Source: Anaeramoeba ignava BMAN
Lineage: Eukaryota; Protista; Anaeramoebae
DNA: 64,000 nt
Direction: 5' to 3'
Assembly (NCBI GenBank): GCA_028826165.1
Contig: JAPDFW010000044.1
Coordinates: 594,618 to 658,617 of the forward strand
Shown here: positions 29,787 through 42,960 of the stretch, piece by piece
Numbering within the stretch: the stretch's first letter is position 1
How the letters are laid out: the number at the start of each line of letters is the position of its first letter
Position numbers and translations under genes: made by a program
The notes under the pieces: generated by a model
The model's input: only the letters and a program-made list of their open reading frames with translations
The model's database searches: none
What the model was told of the DNA's origin: nothing

Positions 29787-29877
29787 TTTTTAGTTAAATT
29801 GAATTGATTTCAAAAAAAAAAATGAATTCTTTTAAAAAGGAAAAAAAAAATTATATTATATCATCTATTTTTAAATT

Positions 29878-30357
29878 TTAATTCTCGAAAAAATTCTCTT
29901 CATCAAATACATTTAATTGACTTAAAATATCTGTTTTTTTGGGATAAATTTTGAATTTTGTTGCATTTTCTATTTTTTTCTTCATTTCTTTTTCAAGTTT
30001 ATTTTGGATTTTTTGTTGTAAAATTTGAGAAACTTGATTTTCTTCAATATTTTCTTTTGGAATTTTTTCATTTTTTTTAAATTCATTTTGATCTTCGAAA
30101 CTATTTTTCTTCTTATTTAAAATATAATTAACAGAAATTTCATCTTGATCTTTTAAAACTTGATTTGCTTGATATATTGGAACAATTTCAAATCCATTTT
30201 TATTTTTAATTTGTAAAACTGAAATGTTTTTATGATACAAACTTGAATATACTTTTTCAATTTCTTTTGATAAATTTTGAATAGTTGTTTCTTTTTCAAC
30301 GATAATTAAAAATTTTTTATTTTCAATTCCTTTTATAATTAATCTAAATTTTGACAT
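29878..30357 (-). CDS. Small protein with N-terminal ubiquitin-like domain resembling the Net1/Tof2/Dnt1 (Cytokin_check_N) or coilin N-terminus
   Basis: KKFLIIVEKETTIQNLSKEIEKVYSSLY...VLQIKNKNGFEIVPIYQANQVLKDQDEISV follows the pattern KKFL..T....TL.QL..EI...F..LY....I..LQD..G.DL...F.V.DVF....V.V. Confidence 0.5.
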   Translation of the reverse strand: MSKFRLIIKGIENKKFLIIVEKETTIQNLSKEIEKVYSSLYHKNISVLQIKNKNGFEIVPIYQANQVLKDQDEISVNYILNKKKNSFEDQNEFKKNEKIPKENIEENQVSQILQQKIQNKLEKEMKKKIENATKFKIYPKKTDILSQLNVFDEENFFEN

Positions 30358-30646
30358 TTTTTAAAAAAAGAAAAAAATGAAAAATTTTAATTTTTGGTTT
30401 TGATTTTTTATTTGAAATTTTTCTGTGTAAAAAAAAAAAGGAAACAAGTAAAAAATTTAGTAAATTCAAAAAGGAAAGTAAAAAATTGATTCATTTTCAA
30501 TTCATTCATTAATTAATTAATTAATTGTGCAACTAAATAATTTTTAAAAGTAAAAATAAAATAAATGGAAAATGAGTTGATTTTTTTTTTTTGAAGAAAA
30601 AGAAGAATAAAATTTGATTTAATAATTTTTTTTAAAATTAATTAAG

Positions 30647-31965
30647 TTAATACCCTGGTGTATTATGAATCTCGCTAAATTTAATAAATTTAAAAAATTT
30701 AAAAAAAAATATTTAAATAAATAAAATTTCAATCTATTATTTTTTTTTATATAAAATTTACCAACAACCGCCACTAAAAAAATTAATTAAAATTTAAAAA
30801 TGATAAAGAAAATAATTTTTAGTTTAATAATTTTTTTTTTCAATTTTATTAGTTTTATTTTTACCAATCATTTCCACAAGAATTACAACTATCGCATCCA
30901 TTTCCACAATCACAATTTTGGCAATCTCCTATTCCTCCACAATTACAACAATCACAACAATCACAACTTTTAAAATTATTAAATAAATTATTAAATTTTT
31001 AATTATTATTTCTTAATTTTAAAAAAATGTTTTTTCATTCCTATTTTTTTACCAACTAAAATTAAAATTCATTTATAAAATTCATTTATAAAATTAGAAT
31101 TAAAATTCATTTATAAAATTAAAATTAAAATTAAAATTAAAATTAAAATTAAAATTAAAATTAAAATTAAAATTAAAATTAAAATTTAAATTAAAATTAA
31201 AATTAAAATTAAAATTAAAATTAAAATTAAAATTAAAATTAAAATTAAAATTAAAAATTAAAATTAAAATTAAATTTAAAATTAAAATTAAATTGAATTA
31301 AAATTAAAATTAAAATTAAAATTAAAATTAAAATTAAAATTAAAATTGAAATTAAAATTAAAATTAAAATTAAAAATTAAAAATTAAAAATTAAAATTAA
31401 AATTAAAAATAAAAAAAAAAAAATAAAATAAAATTAAAATTAAATTCCCAAAAAGAAATGAGAATCTGAATTAAAAATTAAAATTAAAATTGAATTTAAT
31501 ATTAAAATTAAAATTAAAATTAAAATTAAAATTCATTTATAAAATTCATTTATAAAAATTCATTTATAAAAATTAAAATTAAAATTAAAATTAAAATTAA
31601 AATTAAAATTTAAATTAAAATTAAAATTTTAAAATTAAAATTGAATTTAATAACAAAAATAAAAAGAAGAAAAATAATTAAATGATAATTCTTACTTTGA
31701 ATCATAATCATTTTTCTTCACTTTTTAAATTAAATTGAAAAATTAAAAAATTAAATTAAAAAAATAAAAAAATAAAATAAAATAAACCTGAATTATCCCA
31801 AAAAGATTGAGAATCTGAATTGTTTGATGATGATTTATAAGCAAAAACATTTTCATCTGGAATTGGTAAAGAAGAATCAAAATATTCTGTTTGACTAGGA
31901 TCAGTTGAATAATCATAACTTGGAAAATCCCATTCAAAACTTGGTTCAAAACGGATTATTTGCAT
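30647..31965 (-). CDS. Small acidic/Cys-rich (metallothionein-like) protein encoded by micro-exons
   Basis: Exons 31965-31788, 31720-31696, (31055-31053), 30966-30865, 30773-30762 and 30674-30647, all bounded by GT-AG and phase-consistent. The product ends N(C)CDCCDCCNCGGIGDCQNCDCGNGCDSCNSCGNDCGGCCEIHNTPGY*. Confidence 0.75.
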
Positions 31966-32179
31966 TATTTTTATTTTAAATTTAATAATAACAACAATAA
32001 CAAAAAATAAAAAAAAGAAGAAAAAAAATGAAAAAAAATTTTTTCTTCTTTTTCATTTTTCATTTTTCTTCTTTTTCTTTTTTAAATTAAATTAAATTAA
32101 AAAAAAAGAGGAAAAAAAAAAAACTTTTTAAAAACAACAAAACAACAAAACAAAATTAAAAATTAATCAAAAATTAAAA

Positions 32180-34714
32180 ATGAGCACACAAAATCAAAGT
32201 GATAGACAATTTATCAGAAAAAATCAAAATCAAAATGATAGACAATTTAGCAGAACAAATCAAAATCAAGGTGATAGGCAATTTAACAGACAAAATCAAA
32301 GTGATAGACAATTTAGCAGAACAAACCAAAATCAAAATCAAAATCAAAATCAAAATCATGGACAATTTAACAGACAAAATCAAAATAAAAATGTTATGCA
32401 ATTTAACAGACAAAATGAAAATGATGAATATTCTATTGGAAAAAAGGATTATAAATTAAATACAGGAGAAATTGAAGTTTTTGAACTTGATAAAAAACAA
32501 ATTTATAATTATGTTAAAAATTTTGAAGAAATGGGTGTTCCAAAAAATTTAACTGAAATTTTACATCAAATGGGAATTGAAAAACCATCAAAAATACAAG
32601 GAGTTTCAATACCATATATTTTAGATGGAAGGTAAATATTATATATATTTATATTTATATTTATATTTATATTTATATTTATTTTTATATTTATATTTAT
32701 ATTTATATTTATATTTATATTTATATTTATATTTATATTTATATTTATATTTATATTTATATTTATATTTATATTTATATTTATATTTATATTTATATTT
32801 ATATTTATATTTATAATTATAATTATATTTTGTATTTATATTTATAATTATATTTATATTTATATTTATATTTATATTGATATTTATATTTATATTTATA
32901 TTTATATTTTTATTTTAATTATTTAAATAGAAATGTAATTGGACAATCACAATCAGGAACTGGAAAAACTATTTCATTTTGTATTGGAATTCTTGATAAA
33001 TGTTCACCTGAAAAACATTTTCCTCAAGCAATTTGTGTTGCTCCAACAAGAGAATTAGCAAGACAAATTTCTGAAATTCTTACAATTTTTGCAACAGAAA
33101 TGAATTTAAAAGTTTTTAATGGAATTAAAGGGATTAAATATCAAGAAATGGGAAATATTAATCAACAAATTATTGTTGGAACACCTGGAACAATTCTTTT
33201 CTTAATCAAAAACAAAATTAATTCTCAAAATATCCGAATTTGTGTTTTGGATGAAGCAGATATTATGTTTGATAAACAAGGTCATCTTAAAGAAATTCAA
33301 CAAATTAGAAAATAGTAATTAATTTTAATTTTAATTTTAATTTTAATTTTAATAATAATTTTAATTTTAATTTTAATTTTAATTTTAATTTTAATTTTAA
33401 TTTTAAATTTTAATTTTAATTTTAATTTTAATATTAATTTTAATTTTAATTTTAATTTTAATTTTTAATTTTAATTTTAATTTTAATTTTAATTTTAATT
33501 ATAATTTTAATTGAATTAGTCTTTCAAGAGAAACTCAAATTCTTTTATTCAGTGCAACTTATCGAGAAGATATCAAAGAATTTGTTCAAAATTCAATTTC
33601 AAATCCAGTTCAAATATTTCTCAAAATAGAAGATATTACACTTGATTCAATAAAACAATATTATATTCATTGTGGTAATGAAGAAATGAAACAAAAAGCT
33701 TTATTAGATATGTATGATTTATTAAATCTTGAACAATCAGTTATATTTGTAAACAGAAGATACACAGCAAAACAATTATCACAAATAATGAGAGATGAAG
33801 GACATTCAGTTTCTGTTATTTTTGGAAGTGAAATGACTTTATTTGAAAGAGATCAAGTTACTGATGAATTTAGAAAAGGAGAAAGAAAAATTTTAATTAC
33901 AACTGATGTTTTTTCAAGAGGAATTGATATTACTACTGTTTCTATTGTTGTTAATTATGATATTCCTATTAATGCAAACAGAGAAGCTAATCCAGAAACT
34001 TATATTCATAGAATTGGAAGATCTGGTAGATTTGGTAGAACTGGAATTGCTATTAATATTATTGGTGATGATACTTCACTTGAACATTTACAAAAAATTT
34101 GTAGATATTTTAATATTGAAATAGAACAACTTGAAAAACCTGAAGATCTTGAAAAATTAAAACAAATTATAACAGCTCATGATACTAAACTATTAGATAC
34201 AAAATCTCAAAGGGAAACAGAACAAAAAGAAGTTAAAAATATAGATAATTTGGATAATTTAATTAATGCTATGGATTCCAATCAAAATCAAAATCAAAAT
34301 CAAAATCAAATTGAAGATCAAAACCAAAATCAAAATGAAATTCAAAATCAAAATCAAATTCAAATTCAAAATCAAAATCAAAATTCAAATCAAAATGAAA
34401 GACAATTTCAAAAACCAAATCAAAATCAAAATCAAAATCAAAAACCAAATCAAAATGATAGACAATTTAACAGACAAAATCAAAATGAAAAACCAAATCA
34501 AAATGATAGACAATTTAACAGAACAAACCAAAACCAAAATCAAATTCAAATTCAAAATCAAATTCAAATTCAAAATCAAATTCAAATTCAAATTCAAAAT
34601 CAAATTCAAAATCAATTGAAATCAAAACCAAAATTAAATTTAAAATTAGAATCAAAATCAGAATCAGAATCAGAATCAGAATCAAAATCAGAATCAGAAT
34701 CAGAATCAAATTAA
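32180..34714 (+). CDS. DDX19: DEAD-box mRNA-export helicase DDX19/Dbp5, copy 1
   Basis: Q motif [76 protein letters not shown]. Introns 32632-32930 and 33315-33519. Confidence 0.9.
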
Positions 34715-35163
34715 AATTCAAATTAAAAATCAAATTTATTGAATGTTTGGTTTTGTTTTGTTATAATTTCTTGAAGAAAATTAATTTATGAAAAAAAATT
34801 GATTTTCAAATTATTTTTATTATTTTCATAAGTTAAAAAATATACCAAAATCATCTAAGAATTAAACAATATTTCTTCTCAACTATTTCCATATAATTCA
34901 ATCTATTCCAAATTTTGAAAAGAAAAAAAGTTGGAAAGAGAACGAAAAATATCAAAAAAAAAGAAGAAGTTATTTGCTTTTTTAATTTTAATTTTAATAA
35001 CAAAAAAAATAAAAAAAAATTTTTTCTTCTTTTTCATTTTTCATTTTTCTTCTTTTTCTTTTTTAAATTAATTTAATTTAAAAAAAAAGAAAAAAAAAAT
35101 TTTTTTAAAAAACAAAAGCAACAAAACAACAAAACAAAATTAAAAATTAATCAAAAATTAAAA

Positions 35164-38100
35164 ATGAGCACACAAAATCAAAGTGATAGACAATTTATCA
35201 GAAAAAATCAAAATCAAAATCAAAATCAAGGTGATAGACAATTTAATAGACAAAATCAAAATCAAGGTGATAGACAATTTAACAGACAAAATCAAAATCA
35301 AAATCAAAATCAAAATGATAGACAATTTAATAGACAAAACCAAAATCAAAATCAAAATCAAAATGATAGACAATTTATCAGAACAAATCAAAATCAAAAT
35401 TATAGACAATTTAACAGAACAAACCAAAATCAAGGTGATAGACAATTTAACAGACAAAATCAAAATGAAAATATTAAACAATTTAACAGAAAAAATCAAA
35501 ATCAAAATGATGAATATTCTATTGGAAAAAAGGATTATAAATTAAATACAGGAGAAATTGAAGTTTTTGAACTTGATAAAAAACAAATTTATAATTATGT
35601 TAAAAGTTTTGAAGAAATGGGTGTTCCAAAAAATTTAACTGAAATTTTACATCAAATGGGAATTGAAAAACCATCAAAAATACAAGGAGTTTCAATACCA
35701 TATATTTTAGATGGAAGGTAAATATTATATATATTTATATTTATATTTATATTTATATTTATATTTATATTTATATTTATATTTATATTTATATTTATAT
35801 TTTGTATTTATATTAATATTTATATTTATATTTATATTTATATTTATAATTATATTTAGATTTATATTTATATTTATATTTATATTTATATTTATATTTA
35901 TATTTATATTTATATTTATATTTATATTTATATTTATATTTATATTTATATTTATATTTATATTTATATTTATATTTATATTTATATTTATATTTATATT
36001 TATATTTTTATATTTATAATTATATTTTATATTTATATTTTATAATTTATTATATTTATATTTATATTTTATAATTATATTTATATTTATATTTATATTT
36101 ATATTTATATTTATAATTTATATTTATAATTATATTTATATTTTATATTTATATTTATATTTATATTTATATTTATATTTATATTTATATTTATTTTTAT
36201 ATTTATATTTATATTTTTATATTTATATTTATATTTATTATTATATTTATATTTATATTTATATTTATATTTATAATTATATTTTATATTTTATATTTTA
36301 TATTTAATTTATATTTATTTTATTTATATTTATATTTATATTTTATATTTATATTTATATTTATATTTATATTTATATTTATATTTATATTTATATTTAT
36401 ATTTATATTTATATTTATATTTATATTTATATTTATATTTATATTTATATTTATATTTATATTTATATTTATATTTATATTTATATTTATATTTATATTT
36501 ATATTGATATTTATATTGATATTTATATTTATAATTATACTTATATTTATATTTATAATTATATTTTGTATTTATATTTATATTTATATTTTAATTATTT
36601 AAATAGAAATGTAATTGGACAATCACAATCAGGAACTGGAAAAACTATTTCATTTTGTATTGGAATTCTTGATAAATGTTCACCTGAAAAACATTTTCCT
36701 CAAGCAATTTGTGTTGCTCCAACAAGAGAATTAGCAAGACAAATTTCTGAAATTCTTACAATTTTTGCAACAGAAATGAATTTAAAAGTTTTTAATGGAA
36801 TTAAAGGGATTAAATATCAAGAAATGGGAAATATTAATCAACAAATTATTGTTGGAACACCTGGAACAATTCTTTTCTTAATCAAAAACAAAATTAATTC
36901 TCAAAATATCCGAATTTGTGTTTTGGATGAAGCAGATATTATGTTTGATAAACAAGGTCATCTTCAAGAAGTTCAACAAATTAGACAATAGTAATTATTT
37001 TTAATTTTATTTTTATTTTTAATTTCAATTTTAATTTTAATTTTAATTTTAATTTTAATTTTAATTTTAATTTTAATTTTAATTTTAATTTTAATTTTAA
37101 TTTTAATTTTAATTTAAATTTTAATTTTAATTTTAATTTTAATTTTAATTTTAATTTTAATTTTAATTTTAATTTTAATTTTAATTTTAATTTTAATTTT
37201 AATTTTATTTTTAATTTTATTTTTAATTTTAATTTTAATTTTAATTTTAATTTTAATTTTAATTTTAATTTTAAATTTTAATTTTAATTTTAATTTTAAT
37301 TTTAATTTTAATTTTAATTTTAATTTTAATTTTAATTCTAATTCTAATTTTAATTGAATTAGTCTTTCAAGAGAAACTCAAATTCTTTTATTCAGTGCAA
37401 TTTATCAAGAAGATATCAAAGAATTTATTCAAAATTCAATTCCAAATCCAGTTCAAATATTTCTCAAAATAGAAGATATTACACTTGATTCAATAAAACA
37501 ATTTTATATTCATTGTGGTAATGAAGAAATGAAACATAAAGCTTTATTAGATATGTATGATTTATTAAATCTTGAACAATCAGTTATATTTGTAAACAGA
37601 AGAGACACAGCAAAACAATTATCACAAATAATGAGAGATGAAGGACATTCAGTTTCTGTTATTTTTGGAACTGAAATGACTTTATTTGAAAGAGATCAAG
37701 TTACTGATGAATTTAGAAAAGGAGAAAGAAAAATTTTAATTACAACTGATGTTTTTTCAAGAGGAATTGATTTTACTACTGTTTCTATTGTTGTTAATTA
37801 TGATATTCCTATTAATACAAACAGAGAAGCTAATCCAGAAACTTATGTTCATAGAATTGGAAGATCTGGTAGATTTGGTAGAACTGGAATTGCTATTAAT
37901 ATTATTGGTGATGATACTTCATTTGAACATTTACAACAAATTTGTAGATATTTTAAGATTGAAATAGAACAACTTGAAAAACCTGAAGATCTTGAAAAAT
38001 TAAAACAAATTATAACAGCTCATGATAATAAACAATTAGATAAAAAATCTCAAAGGGAAACAGAACAAAAAGAAGCTAAAAATTTAGATAATTTGGATAA

Positions 38101-38575
38101 TTTAATTAATGCTATGGATTCCAATCAAAATCAAAATCAAAATGATAGACAATTTCAAAAACCAAATCAAAACCAAATTCAAAATGAAAACCAAAATCAA
38201 AATGAAATTCAAAATCAAAATCAAAATCAAAATCAAAATCAAAACCAAAATGATAGACAATTTCAAAAACCAAATCAAAACCAAATTCAAAATGAAAATC
38301 AAAATCAAAATGAAATTCAAAATCAAAATCAAAATCAAAATCAAAATCAAAACCAAAATGATAGACAATTTCAAAAACCAAATCAAAACCAAATTCAAAA
38401 TCAAAACCAAAATCAAAATCAAATTCAAAATCAAAATGAAAAACCAAACCAAAATCAAAATCAAAATCAAAATCAAAATCAAATTCAAAATCAAATTCAA
38501 AATCAATTGAAATCAAAACCAAAATTAAATTTAAAATTAGAATCAGAATCAGAATCAGAATCAGAATCAAATTAA
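35164..38575 (+). CDS. DDX19: DDX19/Dbp5, copy 2 (motif III reads SAI)
   Basis: Near-identical to copy 1. Introns 35718-36606 and 36991-37362. Confidence 0.88.
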
Positions 38576-39027
38576 AAATCAAATTAAAAATCAAATTTAT
38601 TGAATGTTTGGTTTTGTTTTGTTATAATTTCTTGAAGAAAATTAATTTATGAAAAAAAATTGATTTTCAAATTATTTTTATTATTTTCATAAGTTAAAAA
38701 ATATACCAAAATCATCTAAGAATTAAACAATATTTCTTCTCAACTATTTCCATATAATTCAATCTATTCCAAATTTTGAAAAGAAAAAAAGTTGGAAAGA
38801 GAACGAAAAATATCAAAAAAAAAGAAGAAGTTATTTGCTTTTTTAATTTTAATTTTAATAACAAAAAAAATAAAAAAAAATTTTTTCTTCTTTTTTTATT
38901 TTTTCATTTTTCTTCTTTTTCTTTTTTAAATTAAATTAATTTAAAAAAAAAGAAAAAAAAAATTTTTTTAAAAAACACAAAACAACAAAACAACAAAACA
39001 AAATTAAAAATTAATCAAAAATTAAAA

Positions 39028-41942
39028 ATGAGCACACAAAATCAAAGTGATAGACAATTTATCAGAAAAAATCAAAATCAAAATCAAAATCAAGGTGATA
39101 GACAATTTAATAGACAAAATCAAAATCAAGGTGATAGACAATTTAACAGACAAAATCAAAATCAAAATCAAAATCAAAATCAAGGTGATAGACAATTTAA
39201 TAGACAAAATCAAAATCAAGGTGATAGACAATTTAACAGACAAAATCAAAATCAAAATCAAAATGATAGACAATTTAATCAAATCAAAATGATAGACAAT
39301 TTATCAGAACAAATCAAAATCAAAATTATAGACAATTTAACAGAACAAACCAAAATCAAGGTGATAGACAATTTAACAGACAAAATCAAAATGAAAATAT
39401 TAAACAATTTATCAGAAAAAATCAAAATCAAAATGATGAATATTCTATTGGAAAAAAGGATTATAAATTAAATACAGGAGAAATTGAAGTTTTTGAACTT
39501 GATAAAAAACAAATTTATAATTATGTTAAAAGTTTTGAAGAAATGGGTGTTCCAAAAAATTTAACTGAAATTTTACATCAAATGGGAATTGAAAAACCAT
39601 CAAAAATACAAGGAGTTTCAATACCATATATTTTAGATGGAAGGTAAATATTATATATATTTATATTAATATTTATATTTATAATTATATTTATATTTAT
39701 ATTTATATTTATATTTATATTTATATTTATATTTATATTTATATTTATATTTATATTTATATTTATATTTATATTTATATTTATATTTATATTTTATTTT
39801 TATATTTATAATTATTTATATTTATATTTAATTTATATTTATATTTATATTTATATTTATATTTATATTGATATTGATATTGATATTTATATTTATATTT
39901 ATATTTATATTTATATTGATATTTATATTTATATTTATATTTATATTTATATTTATATTTATGTTTATATTTATTTATATTTATATTTATATTTATATTT
40001 ATATTTATATTTATATTTATATTTATAATTATATATTTATATTTATATTTATATTTATATTTATATTTATATTTATATTTATATTTATATTTATATTTAT
40101 ATTTATATTTATATTTATATTTATATTTATATTTATATTTATATTTATATTTATATTTATATTATTATTTATTTAATTATTTAATTATTTAAATAGAAAT
40201 GTAATTGGACAATCACAATCAGGAACTGGAAAAACTATTTCATTTTGTATTGGAATTCTTGATAAATGTTCACCTGAAAAACATTTTCCTCAAGCAATTT
40301 GTGTTGCTCCAACAAGAGAATTAGCAAGACAAATTTCTGAAATTCTTATAATTTTTGCAACAGAAATGAATTTAAAAGTTTTTAATGGAATTAAAGGGAT
40401 TAAATATCAAGAAATGGGAAATATTAATCAACAAATTATTGTTGGAACACCTGGAACAATTCTTTTCTTAATCAAAAACAAATTTAATTCTCAAAATATC
40501 CGAATTTGTGTTTTGGATGAAGCAGATATTATGTTTGATAAACAAGGTCATTTTCAAGAAGTTCAACAAATTAGACAATAGTAATTATTTTTAATTTTAA
40601 TTTTTAATTTTAATTTTAATTTTGATTTTAATTTTAATTTTAATTTTAATTTTAATTTTAATTTTAATTTTAATTTTAATTTTAATTTTAATTTTAATTT
40701 TAATTTTAATTTTAATTTTAATTTTAATTTTTAATTTTAATTTTAATTTTAATTTTAATTTTAATTTTAATTTTAATTTTAATTTTAATTTTAATTTTAA
40801 TTTTAATTTTAATTTTAATTTTAATTTTAATTTCAATTTTAATTTTAATTTTAATTTTAATTTTAATTTTAATTTTAATTTTAATTTTAATTTTTAATTT
40901 TAATTTTAATTTTAATTTTAATTTTAATTTTAATTTTAATTTTAATTTTAATTTTAATTCTAATTTTAATTGAATTAGTCTTTCAAGAGAAACTCAAATT
41001 CTTTTATTCAGTGCAACTTATCGAGAAGATATCAAAGAATTTGTTCAAAATTCAATTCCAAATCCAGTTCAAATATTTCTCAAAATAGAAGATATTAAAC
41101 TTGATTCAATAAAACAATTTTATATTCATTGTGGTAGTGAAGAAATGAAACATAAAGCTTTATTAGATATGTATGATTTATTAAATCTTGAACAATCAGT
41201 TATATTTGTAAACAGAAGAGACACAGCAAAACAATTATCACAAATAATGAGAGATGAAAAACATTCAGTTTCTGTTATTTTTGGAAGTGAAATGACTTTA
41301 TTTGAAAGAGATCAAATTACTGATGAATTTAGAAAAGGAGAAAGAAAAGTTTTAATTACAACTGATGTTTTTTCAAGAGGAATTGATGTTACTAATGTTT
41401 CTATTGTTGTTAATTATGATATTCCTATTAATGCAAACAGAGAAGCTAATCCAGAAACTTATATTCATAGAATTGGAAGATCTGGTAGATTTGGTAGAAC
41501 TGGAATTGCTATTAATATTATTGGTGATGATACTTCATTTGAACATTTACAACAAATTTGTAGATATTTTAAGATTGAAATAGAACAACTTGAAAAACCT
41601 GAAGATCTTGAAAAATTAAAACAAATTATAACAGCTCATGATAATAAACAATTAGATACAAATTCTCAAAAGGAAACAGAACAAAAAGAAGTTAAAAATA
41701 TAGATAATTTGGATAATTTAATTAATGTTATGGATTCCAATCAAAATCAAAATGAAAGACAATTTCAAAAACCAAATCAAAATCAAAATCAAAATCAAAA
41801 TCAAAACCAAAATGAAAGGCAATTTCAAAAACCAAATCAAAATGATAGACAATTTAACAGAACAAACCAAAATTCAAATCAAAATCAAAATCAAAACCAA
41901 AATCAAAATTTAAACCAAAATCAAAATCAAAATCAAAATTAA
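39028..41942 (+). CDS. DDX19: DDX19/Dbp5, copy 3 (frameshift in the N-terminal repeat, garbled 3' end; pseudogene or assembly error)
   Basis: Helicase core intact; introns 39644-40196 and 40581-40978. The frame is lost near 39280 and the C-terminal repeat decays into 41942-42900. Confidence 0.75.
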
Positions 41943-42900
41943 AATTAAAATCAAAAATCAAAATCAAATTCAAATTCAAAAACCAAATCAAATTCAAAAT
42001 CAAAACCAAAATCAAAATCAAAATGAAAGACAATTTCAAAAAAAACCAAAATCAAATTCAAAATCAAAAATCAAAATCAAAATCAAAATCAAAATCAAAA
42101 CCAAAATCAAAATCAAAATTAAAATCAAAATGAAAGACAATTTCAAAAACAAAACCAAAATCAAAATTAAAATTAAAATTAAAATCAAAATCAAAACCAA
42201 AATCAAAATCAAAATCAAAATCAAAATCAAAATCAAAAATCAAATCAAAAAAATCAAAATCAATTTCAAAAACCAAACCAAAAATTAAAATCAAAATCAA
42301 AATCAAAATTAAAATCAAAATCAAAATCAAAATCAAAATCAAAATCAAAATCAAAATCAAAATCAAAATCAAAATCAAAATCAAAATTAAAATCAAAATC
42401 AAAATCAAAATCAAAATCAAAATCAAAATCAAAATCAAAACCAAAATGAAAGACAATTTCAAAAACCAAATCAAAATCAAAATCAAAATTAAAATCAAAA
42501 TTAAAATCAAAATCAAAATTAAAATTAAAATTAAAATTAAAATCAAAATTAAAAATCAAAATAAAATCAAAAATTAAAAATCAAAATCAAAAAAAAAAAT
42601 CAAAATCAAAAACCAAAAATGAAAAAATTTCAAAATCAAAATCAAAAACAAAACCAAAATTAAAATCAAAATTAAAATCAAAATTAAAATTAAAATTAAA
42701 ATTAAAATTAAAATCAAAATTTAAATCAAAATCAAAATTAAAATTAAAATCAAAATCAAAATTAAAATTAAAATTAAAATTAGAATCAAAATTAAAATTA
42801 AAATTAAAATTAAAAATTTAAAATCAAAATTAAAACCAAAATTAAAATTAAAATCAAAATTAAAATTAAAATTAAAATTAAAATCAAAACAAAAATAAAA
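41943..42900. repeat. Degenerate (AAAATC/AAAATT)n tract containing fragments of the DDX19 C-terminal repeat
   Basis: Directly visible, with interspersed GAAAGACAATTTCAAAAAC units. Confidence 0.75.
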
Positions 42901-42960
42901 TTTGAAAGAAAAAAAGAATTGTTTTTGTTTTATTATTTTAGTTTTTGTATTTGATTGAAA

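Noticed and set aside
34740-34980. Small gene in the duplicated DDX19 spacer (also 38600-38840)
   Set aside because: Only short, motif-less frames on either strand. Its conservation is explained by recent tandem duplication.
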